A stretch of 56,451 bases of DNA. It comes from a virus. Taxonomy: Duplodnaviria > Caudoviricetes. The position numbers were made by a program, and so were the translations under genes. Below, piece by piece: positions 26,997-36,125 of this stretch (position 1 is the first letter of the stretch; every line of letters begins with the position of its first letter). The stretch spans positions 1-56,451 of IMG/VR virus record IMGVR_UViG_3300026518_000669; one strand, given 5' to 3'. The notes beneath the pieces were generated by a model that worked only from the letters and a program-made list of their open reading frames with translations, made no database searches and was not told the origin of the DNA.

Positions 26997-27947
26997 ATGT
27001 CATTACCCCAGTCCGTACAGGCACAAGCTGCCGCTGCCGCTAAGCACTTTGACCGCGAGCCAGAGAATCCCGACGCCAATAAGGCCAAGGCTCCTGACAG
27101 TGAGCAAAACCCGCCACGCGACGCTGAGAAGCCGGACACTGACAAGCCCGATACGCAATCCGCCGAGCCACCGAAAGACGAGCCGAAGCCAGAAATCCAA
27201 GATGCGCTGTATTGGCAGCATCGATTTCAAGTGCTGCAAGGCAAGTACAACGGTGAGCTTCCAGCGCTGCGCAAAGAGATCGAACAGCTAAAACAGCACG
27301 TCGCTGGCAAGGATCGGCGCATTAATGAGCTTGAAAAACAAGCGCCTGCACCCGATAGCAGCGGCATCACTGACGACCAGCTCGCCCACTTCAAGCAGGA
27401 GTTTGGCGAAGACCTGGTGACGTTCATTGAGCGCATGACCCAAAAGGGAGCGGCCCCAACTGATGCCGGTAACACCAAAGAGCTGCAGGAGCGTCTGGAT
27501 CGTCTCGAATCCGAGAAGCACGAAGACGCTGAAGCACGCTTTTGGGTGAGCTTAGAGCAAGCGGTGCCCAATTTCCGACAGGTCAACAGTGATCCCGCGT
27601 TCCTGCAATTCCTTAGCACGCTCAATCCACAAACGGGTAAGCAGTACCAACAGGCACTCAGCCAGGCGCAACAGAGCCTAGACGCGAAAGGGGTGGCTGA
27701 CGTTTTCAAACTCTATCTGAACCAGGCGAAGCCAACGCAGCAGCAGCGCCAAGTCCCCGATGAACAAGTGGAGCCGCGCACCACGAAAGCAACGCAAACG
27801 CCGAATTCTCAAGGCGGCAAGTTGTGGACGGGTGCCGACATTGCCCAGTTCTATCGAGACAAGACCGCTGGCCGCTATGCCGCCGATGAAGCGCAACGCC
27901 TGGAAGCCGACATATTCGCCGCCCAACGTGAAGGCCGGGTTCGCTAA
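26997..27947 (+). CDS. Capsid scaffolding protein
   Basis: Low-complexity N-terminus, coiled coil, C-terminal AQREGRVR; precedes the capsid gene. Confidence 0.75.
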   Translation: MSLPQSVQAQAAAAAKHFDREPENPDANKAKAPDSEQNPPRDAEKPDTDKPDTQSAEPPKDEPKPEIQDALYWQHRFQVLQGKYNGELPALRKEIEQLKQHVAGKDRRINELEKQAPAPDSSGITDDQLAHFKQEFGEDLVTFIERMTQKGAAPTDAGNTKELQERLDRLESEKHEDAEARFWVSLEQAVPNFRQVNSDPAFLQFLSTLNPQTGKQYQQALSQAQQSLDAKGVADVFKLYLNQAKPTQQQRQVPDEQVEPRTTKATQTPNSQGGKLWTGADIAQFYRDKTAGRYAADEAQRLEADIFAAQREGRVR

Positions 27948-27999
27948 CCCGGCTGGCGGTTCAACGATTCTCGCCGTGAGGCGATAAGAGGTTATTCCA

Positions 28000-28944
28000 A
28001 TGGCAGGTCCAGTACGCGACGCAAGTCATCCCGACTACTCCAGCACGTCCGCCTCCGGGTTCATCCCGCAGGTCTGGTCGGGAAAGATGGTTGAAAAGCT
28101 GTATCAGCGAACCTGTTTCGCTGAAATCTCCAACACTTACTACGAGGGTGAGATCAAGTCGCAAGGCGACACGGTGATGATCCGCACCACACCGTCTATC
28201 ACGATCAACGACTATGAGATTGGTGGTGGCCTCAATTATGAGAAGCCGACCAGCGACAAAGTAGAGCTGCACATCGACAAGGCGAAGTATTTTGCCTTCG
28301 AGGTGAACGACGTTGACGAGTATCAAGCCGATATCAAGTTGATGGACAACTGGTCGGACGATGCTGGCCAGCAGATGAAGATCGCCATCGACAAGGTGAT
28401 TCTCGGTGACGTGTTCGCCGATGCGGCTGCAGAGAACGCAGGCGCTGCCGCTGGTCGTGAGTCTGGCGGGTACAACATGGGTGCGGCCGGTGCGCCGGTG
28501 TCCGTGAGCAAAACCAACATCCTCGATGTACTGGTTGATTGTGGTTCGGTGCTGGATGAGCAGAACGTGCCTGACGACGGTCGCTGGATTGTTCTGCCCG
28601 CCTGGATGAATGGCATGCTCAAGAAGTCCGACCTGCGCGACGCGAGCCACATGGGGGATAACACCTCGGTGTTCCGTAACGGCAAGGTAGGCATGCTCGA
28701 CCGCTTCGACGTGTATATCAGCAACAACATGTCGAAAGTCACCGACGCCACCACCACACGGCAGGCTACTAACTGCCTCTTCGGTCACAAGAAGGCGCTT
28801 ACTTTTGCGTCGCAGATGACCAAGATGGAGAACTTGCCTAACCCGCAGGACTTCGGCCAGCTAGTGCGCGGCCTAAACGTATTTGGCTATGAGGTCATTG
28901 ACCCTAACGCCATGGGTCACCTGTACGCCGAGCGTGCCGCCTAA
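28000..28944 (+). CDS. Major capsid protein
   Basis: FIPQVWS, YEGEIK..GDTV.I, LDEQNVP.DGRW and VRGL.VFG motifs typical of podoviral coat proteins. Confidence 0.88.
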   Translation: MAGPVRDASHPDYSSTSASGFIPQVWSGKMVEKLYQRTCFAEISNTYYEGEIKSQGDTVMIRTTPSITINDYEIGGGLNYEKPTSDKVELHIDKAKYFAFEVNDVDEYQADIKLMDNWSDDAGQQMKIAIDKVILGDVFADAAAENAGAAAGRESGGYNMGAAGAPVSVSKTNILDVLVDCGSVLDEQNVPDDGRWIVLPAWMNGMLKKSDLRDASHMGDNTSVFRNGKVGMLDRFDVYISNNMSKVTDATTTRQATNCLFGHKKALTFASQMTKMENLPNPQDFGQLVRGLNVFGYEVIDPNAMGHLYAERAA

Positions 28945-28953
28945 GGGCTCCAT

Positions 28954-28979
28954 ATCGCCATCCTTCGGGGTGGCGTTTT
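28954..28979 (+). terminator. Terminator after the capsid gene
   Basis: CGCCATCC-TTCG-GGGTGGCG-TTTT. Confidence 0.75.
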
Positions 28980-29000
28980 ACTTTCCGCGAGGAAATACGC

Positions 29001-29321
29001 ATGACTAAATCACTGATTGAGCAGATTGAAGAAGCGGTAACCAAAGATGATTTTGAGCCGCTAGCCGAAACACTGGGCGTTGAGATCAATAAGCGCCAAG
29101 GCGTCGAGACTATCCGCGCCGAGCTGCTTGAAGCCGCTGAAACGTTAGCAGAGCAAGGTGTAACGGAAGAGGGCGAGCTAGGCACTGGTGAAGCGCCGAG
29201 CGAAGCTGTCGAGCCTGAAAAACCGAAGTACAAGGGCCGAATGCTCAAACACTTAAAGAACGGGCGAACCTTCCCGTGGACGGCTGCCTTGGCTAAAAAC
29301 CGCTACATGCAAGAGGTGTAA
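29001..29321 (+). CDS. Hypothetical virion-associated protein
   Basis: GAGG RBS; acidic. Confidence 0.7.
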   Translation: MTKSLIEQIEEAVTKDDFEPLAETLGVEINKRQGVETIRAELLEAAETLAEQGVTEEGELGTGEAPSEAVEPEKPKYKGRMLKHLKNGRTFPWTAALAKNRYMQEV

Positions 29322-29324
29322 GTC

Positions 29325-29975
29325 ATGGCGGAGACCGTCGGCGGCGTTATTGATCGCGCTAAGCGCATCCTTCAAGAGCGAGGCAGCGGTATTCGCTGGA
29401 CAGTGGAAGAGCTGGTGGCATGGCTCAACGAGGCTTATGTCATTGTTGCTACTCAGCGACCGGATGCCCACAGCAAGCTAGCCATGATCAGCTTGGTGGC
29501 GGGTGCGCGGCAAGAGATACCCGCTGACGGGCTGCGCCTTATGGACGTTCTTTCTACAGAGCAAGGGCGAGCGATTCGCGCTTCAGAGCGCCGTACGCTG
29601 GCGACTATGCGCCCTAATTGGATGAACGAGCGCGCTTCATTGGCCACTGAATTCTTTGTGTTTGATGAACGCATGCCTCGTGAGTTTTGGGTCTATCCGC
29701 CGGCAAAAGCAGGTGCTCGTGTAGAGGCGAGCTACGTCGCTAAGCCAGCGTCGCATACGGTGGCCGATATGGCGAGCAGCTTGAGCGTGAGTGAGCGTTA
29801 CGCCCCGGCCTTGCTTGATCTTGTGTTGTATCGCGCCTTTTCAAAAGATGCTGAAAACCCAGCCAATCTAAGTCGCGCGCAAATGCACTACCGCGCTGCA
29901 ATGGAAGGCATCGGTATGAAAACACAGGGCGATGCGATGACCTCACCTAATGGAGGCGGGCAAGATGCTGGATGA
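29325..29975 (+). CDS. Head-tail adaptor-like protein
   Basis: RW...EL..WLNEA, VYPP and YRAFSKDAE motifs. Confidence 0.75.
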   Translation: MAETVGGVIDRAKRILQERGSGIRWTVEELVAWLNEAYVIVATQRPDAHSKLAMISLVAGARQEIPADGLRLMDVLSTEQGRAIRASERRTLATMRPNWMNERASLATEFFVFDERMPREFWVYPPAKAGARVEASYVAKPASHTVADMASSLSVSERYAPALLDLVLYRAFSKDAENPANLSRAQMHYRAAMEGIGMKTQGDAMTSPNGGGQDAG

Positions 29976-30519
29976 GCTAATCGACAGCGCGGCCCTTGAG
30001 GTGCCAGACGCGCCACGAGCGACGATACGGGACATGCTCTCCTGGGCGTCGCGCGAGTTCTGCACCGAAGCTGACGCCTGGGTAACGGAAGAAGGCCCGG
30101 TGATTTATGGCGCCGACTCTGACTACCCGCTAATAGTCGCTCCCACAGGAGAGGCGATTCGGATTGTGTCGCTCACTATGGATGGCCGAATGGTCACGCA
30201 AGGCGAAGGCTTCGAGCAGCGGTCGCCCACTGAGATCGTGTTTAGCCAGACACCCAGCCAGGCAGTGATAAGCGGTCGCTTGGCGTGCCGACCAAAGCGA
30301 GGTGATTTTCCAGCCGATGTGGTGCTGTCGCGCTGGGGTGAGCCTATCGCCGACGGCGCGCGATGGCGATTGCTCTTACTGCCCCAGTCCTGGCGAGACC
30401 CTGAGCTAGCCAGCTACTACCAACGACGCTTCTTGGCAGGCATTACCGATGCTAAGCAGCAATCCCGACTCGGCTATGCCCGAGGTGGCGCGCGCGTCAA
30501 GATGCGGCGCTTTGTCTAA
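29965..30519 (+). CDS. Virion adaptor-like protein
   Basis: VPDAP...REFC motif; GGAGG RBS; position. Confidence 0.65.
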   Translation: MLDELIDSAALEVPDAPRATIRDMLSWASREFCTEADAWVTEEGPVIYGADSDYPLIVAPTGEAIRIVSLTMDGRMVTQGEGFEQRSPTEIVFSQTPSQAVISGRLACRPKRGDFPADVVLSRWGEPIADGARWRLLLLPQSWRDPELASYYQRRFLAGITDAKQQSRLGYARGGARVKMRRFV

Positions 30520-30551
30520 ATCCACTCCCCACTTGCCGAGAGGTAACCCCC

Positions 30552-30977
30552 ATGGGAGCAATGTCGAACTATCTTGAACAGCGCATGATTAATGCCACGC
30601 TACGGGGTGATAACTTCACTGCCCCTGCTGTGTCTGATCTACACCTTGCGCTCTTCATCGCCGATCCTACCGACGACAACGTCACCACCAACGAGGTGGG
30701 CGAAACATGGTATTTGAGAAAGCAAACGGGCAATTGGTCTAGCCCCAGTGTTGATGTCGAAGGGCGCACGCGGACGGATAACGCCGCGAGCATTACGTTT
30801 GATGCTGTTCAGAATGCGAACCCGGCGCACACCATCACCATCACCCATATCGGTATTTATGATTCCGATGTGGCGGGCAACCTGCTGTATCACGAAGCGC
30901 TAACGACGCCGAAAACCCTCGAAGTGGGTGACGTTATTTCGTTCGCCTCAGGCGCGCTTATCCTGCGTCTCGATTAA
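30552..30977 (+). CDS. Tail-associated structural protein
   Basis: MSNYLE..., LALF..DP, ITHIGIYD..GNLL and GD.ISF..GAL motifs. Confidence 0.75.
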   Translation: MGAMSNYLEQRMINATLRGDNFTAPAVSDLHLALFIADPTDDNVTTNEVGETWYLRKQTGNWSSPSVDVEGRTRTDNAASITFDAVQNANPAHTITITHIGIYDSDVAGNLLYHEALTTPKTLEVGDVISFASGALILRLD

Positions 30978-30988
30978 GGGGATAGGCA

Positions 30989-32185
30989 ATGTTTAACGGC
31001 TCCCGTTTCAATGGGGCAGCATACAATGCTGGCTCTGGGGGTGTTCGCGTCCTGCTGGCATCGGCTGTGCTGGCGGTTTCATCTACCGGAAATGCGGAGC
31101 CGTTGCGCACCCAGTATGGCGCAACGGATGCGCCTGTTCAGGCTGGCATCCATGAGCCACGAGCGGTAGCTGAGCGCGCAGCCTCAACACTGATCTACCC
31201 AGCGGCCATCTTTGATGTTTCGCGGCCATGGGACTTGGCCACCGCCGAGATGTGGGCGACGGGCAGCTTAGAACCTGAGCACCTAGTTATTCGGGCTGGC
31301 GTCGCGGGCATTGAAGCAAAGGCTGTCTTGGGTGCTGACGCCATTCGCTACGCCTTCTTCTCTGACATGCAGGCGTCGGCGCAGATTGGTCCGGTTCAGG
31401 CTTGGGGCATTCGCCCTGGCGTCGCTGAGATTCAGGTAAACGCTACCGGCGAGATATTTGCAACGCGAGAGCGGCCCGGGGCAAGCGGCCTGCTGGCAAC
31501 AGCAACAGCGTCGTTTGATGGAGATATATTCGCTGGCGGCATTACTGATTTTGTGCCGTACAGCGCCTTCTTTGCAGAGCCCCACCTAAACGGCATCCAG
31601 CCCGGGTGGTCTGCCCTAGATGTTGTTACCCGTCTAACTGTCGGCGGCGACCGCATGGCGGGCGGAAATACGGACGGCTTAGTGGCGTCTTGGTTTGATG
31701 CGTCGGCTTTGCCAGGGCGCGGCGCGCAGGTAAACGAAGGCATCGTTACCGCTGAGCTAACGGCTGTTTGGTGGGCGTTCAACTATGAAAAGTGCACGTT
31801 CACGACTCAGTCAGCCCTGACGGCAAACCCTACGCGAACGTCAGCAGGCGTCTCTACGCTCGATGCGAAAGCATTTGTAACAGCCCCCTGGTCGCTGATT
31901 GTTGAGCCCCGCAAAACCCTCGTTGTTAGTGGCGCATCACTAACGGCCACGCCTTGGCGCATACGACCTGTAGCAGCTGATGCCAGCGTGGAAGGCACTG
32001 CCTACGCCTACGCCAACCGCATCTACTACTTGAGCGTTACCTTCGATGGGGTGGGGTCGGTTATGCGCAATCGCTTGAGCGTCAATCTAACGAATCAAGC
32101 GCCCCCTGCTCGCCAGATGGTCGCGCCTTTCGAGTCGCGCGCCATGGTGGTGCCTGCGGAAAATCGGACAATGGTGGTTTTTTAA
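30989..32185 (+). CDS. Ala-rich beta-strand tail/fiber protein
   Basis: FNG..FNG start; repetitive Ala/Thr-rich composition. Confidence 0.7.
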   Translation: MFNGSRFNGAAYNAGSGGVRVLLASAVLAVSSTGNAEPLRTQYGATDAPVQAGIHEPRAVAERAASTLIYPAAIFDVSRPWDLATAEMWATGSLEPEHLVIRAGVAGIEAKAVLGADAIRYAFFSDMQASAQIGPVQAWGIRPGVAEIQVNATGEIFATRERPGASGLLATATASFDGDIFAGGITDFVPYSAFFAEPHLNGIQPGWSALDVVTRLTVGGDRMAGGNTDGLVASWFDASALPGRGAQVNEGIVTAELTAVWWAFNYEKCTFTTQSALTANPTRTSAGVSTLDAKAFVTAPWSLIVEPRKTLVVSGASLTATPWRIRPVAADASVEGTAYAYANRIYYLSVTFDGVGSVMRNRLSVNLTNQAPPARQMVAPFESRAMVVPAENRTMVVF

Positions 32186-32481
32186 TGGCTATTTTAGGCA
32201 CGTTCACGATGCAGCCCGCTGACGAGTGGGATTACGACATTGATTACAGCGAGTGGATGCCCGAATCCGACGGCCTTTCGGAAAATGTCGCGCCGGAAGT
32301 GACGGCATCGCCGGAGGGCTTGATGGTCGAGTCAGTGACGCGTGACTACGACAACAAGCGCGTGAAAGTTTGGCTGTCTGGCGGTGCGGATGGCGAGCGC
32401 TATAAGATAGAGATAACGACGCGGACGCGAGAAGGCCGTGTCCGCCAAGATGAATTTTTTGTCATCGTGAGAGAATTTTAA
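32185..32481 (+). CDS. Fiber-tail adaptor-like protein
   Basis: DYDIDY..W, KVWLSGG..G.RY and T.EGR motifs. Confidence 0.7.
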   Translation: MAILGTFTMQPADEWDYDIDYSEWMPESDGLSENVAPEVTASPEGLMVESVTRDYDNKRVKVWLSGGADGERYKIEITTRTREGRVRQDEFFVIVREF

Positions 32482-32482
32482 C

Positions 32483-34366
32483 ATGCCGGAAATTTACGCG
32501 AACAACGCTCGCGGCAAGCTAGCTTCTCCTGTCACGGCAGGGGATCAAAGCCTGCCCCTTGAGGCGGGCCATTCTTTCCCAGATCCGGGCGGTGATTGGT
32601 ACCGCGCGACGCTTTATCGCTGGGAGTTTGCGAGTGACGGCATCCGTGAATTTGACCACGAGATCGTTAAGGTGACCGCGCTCTCATCCAATACAATGAC
32701 AGTTGAGCGCAGCCAAGAGGGTACGGTGGCATTCGCCTATGACCCTGGCACGCCTGTTGAGCTGCGCATGACAGCGGGCAGCCTGGCCGAGAAGCCTGCA
32801 GATACGCTTGCGGTGATGCAGTCGCTCACTTCACCGCCTGAAATTCGCGATATCGATACTTGGTCGATTGATGCCACGGCCATTAGTCGCCAGAGCGGTG
32901 GCAGTATCGCGTCGTTTGAGGTGACGTGGTGGGACGGCAGTACCGAAGCAGTGGCGGCAGCTGGCGGCGCGGCCACGCTCTCCAGAGCGGTGGATCAGCC
33001 AGTAGGAGGTGTCGTTTCAGCAACCGTGCGAGCGCTTGACGACATCGGCAATGCCAGCGCACCCGAGACCGTTACGGCTGATGTAGTTGCCAACCGCGTG
33101 CCGGAAGGCCCTGTTGTGATAAGCGCGCCCACCCAGACCGGCAAGAACAGCACGTTCCAAGTTTCTTTTAGTGGCGCGACCGACCCGGACGGCGATTCGA
33201 TCAGCTACACGATCACTGACACAGGCGCGTTCACCTTTGCCAAGACGTCGGGCATTGCTGGCGGAGAGATTGTAGAAGTCACGGCGCCCGATGTTACTGA
33301 CGATATCGCTATCACGTTTAGCGTGAAGGCAGTGGACAGCCTTGGCGCCTCGACAGCCACCTATAGCGAAACAGTGACCGTGCTGGCTGCCCAGGTTATT
33401 GGCGTCGCGCTGCGCGCCACGGGCGGCCCTGGCGGTACGTGGGATCATATCGACGATACCGGCGCAACCATTGCCACTCCTAGCGCCTCCTGGTTTAACG
33501 CTCATCCTATTTTTGGCGGCATGCAAGATGTCACGGTGGATGGTCAGGCTATGGTCGAAGTGCCGAAATTCTACGTAAAGCGCGGCACCGCAGGCGGCGA
33601 CCCCGCGTGGTGGATTAGCGACCAACCGCTGGCGGGGTATGAGGTGCATCCTGCGTTTCTGCTAGATGGCGTCGAGGTGCCCGCGTTTCAGTACGGCAAA
33701 TATCAGGCATCGCTCAGCGGCGGCAAGCTGCAGTCTGTGCCGGGCGTTACGCCAACGGCATCGCGCAGCTTGACGCAGTTCCTGGCAGATGCCGAGGCCC
33801 GTAACGTGGGCGGCGTCGCTGGCTTTAGGCTGCACCACTACGACATGTGGCTGGCCATTCAGTGGTTATACCTGGTCGAAAACGCGACGATGGATAGCCA
33901 AACGAAAACGGGCGAGGGCCGCGTTAATCAGTCCAGCGCCGCCGCTGTCGATGCCGCTGACGTAGCCCAAGCGACGTATCGCGGCATCGTTGGGCTATGG
34001 GGTAACGTCTATCAGTGGATGGACGGAGCCCGTACGCTCAATAGTGTCATTGAGCGGCGTGACTATAACGGCGCGTGGCAAAGTACGGGCGAGAGCGTTC
34101 CTAACGCTGGTGCCGCCACTTACCCCATCACGTTCCGCAATTCAGCCCCGCTAGAATTTATCCCCGACACCTATTCAACCAGTAACGACAGCACCGCCAC
34201 GCTGCCGGACTACGTGCGGTGGCGTGATGCTGGGGAGTATTACCCCTACGTCGGCGGCTACTGGAGCGTTGGCGCGATTGCCGGGCTTTGGTACGTGTAC
34301 TGCGGCAATTCGGCGTCGAGCTCGAGCAGCTTCATCGGGGCGCGTCTCGCGAGGGTCGTGTCATGA
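32483..34366 (+). CDS. DGR target: receptor-binding tail fiber (anchor domain, Ig-like repeats, C-terminal CLec/FGE-like domain with VR)
   Basis: EIVKVT..VERSQEGT anchor; ATDPDGDSISY Ig/cadherin-like segments; GLWGNVYQW and GG.W...AG...IGARL CLec motifs; VR at the C-terminus. Confidence 0.92.
   Translation: MPEIYANNARGKLASPVTAGDQSLPLEAGHSFPDPGGDWYRATLYRWEFASDGIREFDHEIVKVTALSSNTMTVERSQEGTVAFAYDPGTPVELRMTAGSLAEKPADTLAVMQSLTSPPEIRDIDTWSIDATAISRQSGGSIASFEVTWWDGSTEAVAAAGGAATLSRAVDQPVGGVVSATVRALDDIGNASAPETVTADVVANRVPEGPVVISAPTQTGKNSTFQVSFSGATDPDGDSISYTITDTGAFTFAKTSGIAGGEIVEVTAPDVTDDIAITFSVKAVDSLGASTATYSETVTVLAAQVIGVALRATGGPGGTWDHIDDTGATIATPSASWFNAHPIFGGMQDVTVDGQAMVEVPKFYVKRGTAGGDPAWWISDQPLAGYEVHPAFLLDGVEVPAFQYGKYQASLSGGKLQSVPGVTPTASRSLTQFLADAEARNVGGVAGFRLHHYDMWLAIQWLYLVENATMDSQTKTGEGRVNQSSAAAVDAADVAQATYRGIVGLWGNVYQWMDGARTLNSVIERRDYNGAWQSTGESVPNAGAATYPITFRNSAPLEFIPDTYSTSNDSTATLPDYVRWRDAGEYYPYVGGYWSVGAIAGLWYVYCGNSASSSSSFIGARLARVVS
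34243..34353 (+). repeat. DGR variable repeat (VR)
   Basis: 111-bp copy of TR with 11 substitutions. Confidence 0.97.
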
Positions 34367-34776
34367 GTCAGGCAAATCAGCGTCAAGCTCAGGGGCGCGG
34401 TAGCGCCCCGTACCAACACCTTCGACCCTTTGAGGGCATGCTCACTAAGGTGGAAGAGCTGGAAGATTACAGTCGTCGAGCCCTGGTGAATTTTCCGAAA
34501 AGTGAGCGACACTTGCTCAGCGCGGAGGTGCGGCTGTGTATTGAGCGCATCGAGCGAATCACGCTTACTGCATGGAAGCGCTATCAGAAGAAAACCACCC
34601 TCACCGACTTGGATATTGAGATAGAGATACTACGCCGCAAGGTGCGCAAGGCCGAGCGGTACGGCTATATCTCAGGTCGCCAATATAGAGATTGGGCAGA
34701 ACACATAAGCGCTCTGGGGTCTATTCTTGGCGGCTGGCTGCGCCACGAACGGGCCAAGCAGGGCTATAGCAAGTAG
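34363..34776 (+). CDS. avd: Accessory variability determinant Avd
   Basis: ATGA overlap with the target stop; FPKSERHLL, LDIEIEILR and ILGGW four-helix-bundle motifs; basic. Confidence 0.92.
   Translation: MSQANQRQAQGRGSAPYQHLRPFEGMLTKVEELEDYSRRALVNFPKSERHLLSAEVRLCIERIERITLTAWKRYQKKTTLTDLDIEIEILRRKVRKAERYGYISGRQYRDWAEHISALGSILGGWLRHERAKQGYSK
34392..34409 (+). promoter_or_regulatory. DGR target-recognition hairpin (GC stem, GRNA loop)
   Basis: GGGGCGC-GGTA-GCGCCCC about 40 nt downstream of VR. Confidence 0.75.
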
Positions 34777-34808
34777 AGCAAGAAAGGGAAGTCGCTTATT
34801 TCGATGTG

Positions 34809-34919
34809 CCCCTACGTCGGCGGCAACTGGAGCAATGGCGCGAATGCCGGGCTTTGGTACGTGAACTGCAACAATTCGGCGTCGAACTCGAACAGCAACA
34901 TCGGGGCGCGTCTCGCGAG
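34809..34919 (+). repeat. DGR template repeat (TR)
   Basis: Nine AAY codons aligned to VR; lies between avd and RT. Confidence 0.97.
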
Positions 34920-35078
34920 CGACCGCTTTACCGGCCAGAAACCGCCCGCCTACGGGTTGGCGGGCAGTGCCACATCCCTCGGGGCGGCTTTCCTCGCTTC
35001 ACGGCGAAACATCAATAGAGCGCGGCGGCCTACGGGTGGCCGCGTTTCATTTTGCACAAACTGCATAAGGACAATGCG

Positions 35079-36125
35079 GTGTCGCTTTATCAAGACATTA
35101 TTGATTTCGATAACCTCATGCGCGGCTATCATGCCGCCAGAAAGCGCAAGCGCTACCGGCCAGAGGTGGTGAAATACACCGCCAACCTGGAAGAAAACCT
35201 CCTAAACCTTCACAACCACTTGGTTCACGAAACATGGCAACCGGGCCGCGCCAGAGAGTTTGTGGTGCTGGAGCCTAAAATGCGGATGATTCAAGCCCCA
35301 CCGTTTAAAGATCGGGTGCTGCATCACGCCGTGGTGGACTTGGTAGAACCACTATTTGAGCGCAGGTTTATCTATCACAGCTACGCCTGTCGCAAGGGAA
35401 AGGGCACCCAAGCAGGGGTGCTTGCTCTGCAACGCATGCTCAGAAAAGCTAAGCGGCGCTGGGATAGTGTGTACGTCGTACAGGCAGACGTAAGCAAGTT
35501 TTTCGACTCGCTGCCCCATGATGCCGTACTAGACAGTATTTCTCAGACGATTGACTGCCCAGATACACTGCAACTGTGGCGCGCCATGATACGCGGCTAT
35601 GGCCATGATGACGGCATCGGACAACCGGTGGGCGCGCTTAGCAGTCAGCTAAACGCTAACGCCACCCTAGATGGTGTCGACCATGAAATGACCGACGACC
35701 ACGGCGCAGGGCAATACGTGCGCTATATGGATGACATAGTGATCGTTTGCCCAAGCAAAGCCGAAGCCTGGCAGCGGCTACACCAGCTGCAAGCGGCGCT
35801 AGAGCGGCGCGGTCTATCACTCAACCCTAAAACCCAAGTACGCCCTGCCAGCGCGGGCGTGGATTGGTGCGGCTACCGCATATGGGCCACCCACATACTG
35901 CCCCGCAAGCGCAACATTCAGCGCTTTAAGCGCCGCCTGAAAATCCTACAGCGCCGTTATGCCCGAGGTGACGCCAGCCTGGACGAAGTGCAGCAACATC
36001 TACACGCCTTCCTGGCTTACGCCAAGCACTGCGATAGCTGGAATACCGTTAACCACCTAGTGGACCAACTCACCCTGAAGCGAGATTTTGCCGATGTCGA
36101 ATTTGCAGATTGTCACTACGCCTGA
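35079..36125 (+). CDS. DGR reverse transcriptase
   Basis: GTG 35079 with AAGGA RBS; FKDRVLHHA, SYACRKGKG, DVSKFF, GQPVGALSSQ (DGR-type SQ), RYMDD and WCGY motifs. Confidence 0.96.
   Translation: MSLYQDIIDFDNLMRGYHAARKRKRYRPEVVKYTANLEENLLNLHNHLVHETWQPGRAREFVVLEPKMRMIQAPPFKDRVLHHAVVDLVEPLFERRFIYHSYACRKGKGTQAGVLALQRMLRKAKRRWDSVYVVQADVSKFFDSLPHDAVLDSISQTIDCPDTLQLWRAMIRGYGHDDGIGQPVGALSSQLNANATLDGVDHEMTDDHGAGQYVRYMDDIVIVCPSKAEAWQRLHQLQAALERRGLSLNPKTQVRPASAGVDWCGYRIWATHILPRKRNIQRFKRRLKILQRRYARGDASLDEVQQHLHAFLAYAKHCDSWNTVNHLVDQLTLKRDFADVEFADCHYA

Larger units (their letters stand above)
32483..36125 (+). mobile_element. Diversity-generating retroelement (target-avd-TR-RT)
   Basis: VR/TR pair with adenine-specific mismatches, avd, DGR-type RT and a GRNA hairpin; same order as Bordetella phage BPP-1. 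Confidence 0.97.

Noticed and set aside
34804-35172. ORF spanning TR (PYVGGNWSNGANAG...)
   Set aside because: It is the open frame of the template repeat mirroring VR; TR functions as RNA and the ORF runs out of frame into RT.
35079-36125. RT as a retron or group II intron
   Set aside because: No maturase/endonuclease extension or msr-msd; it has the SQ motif, avd and a TR/VR pair.
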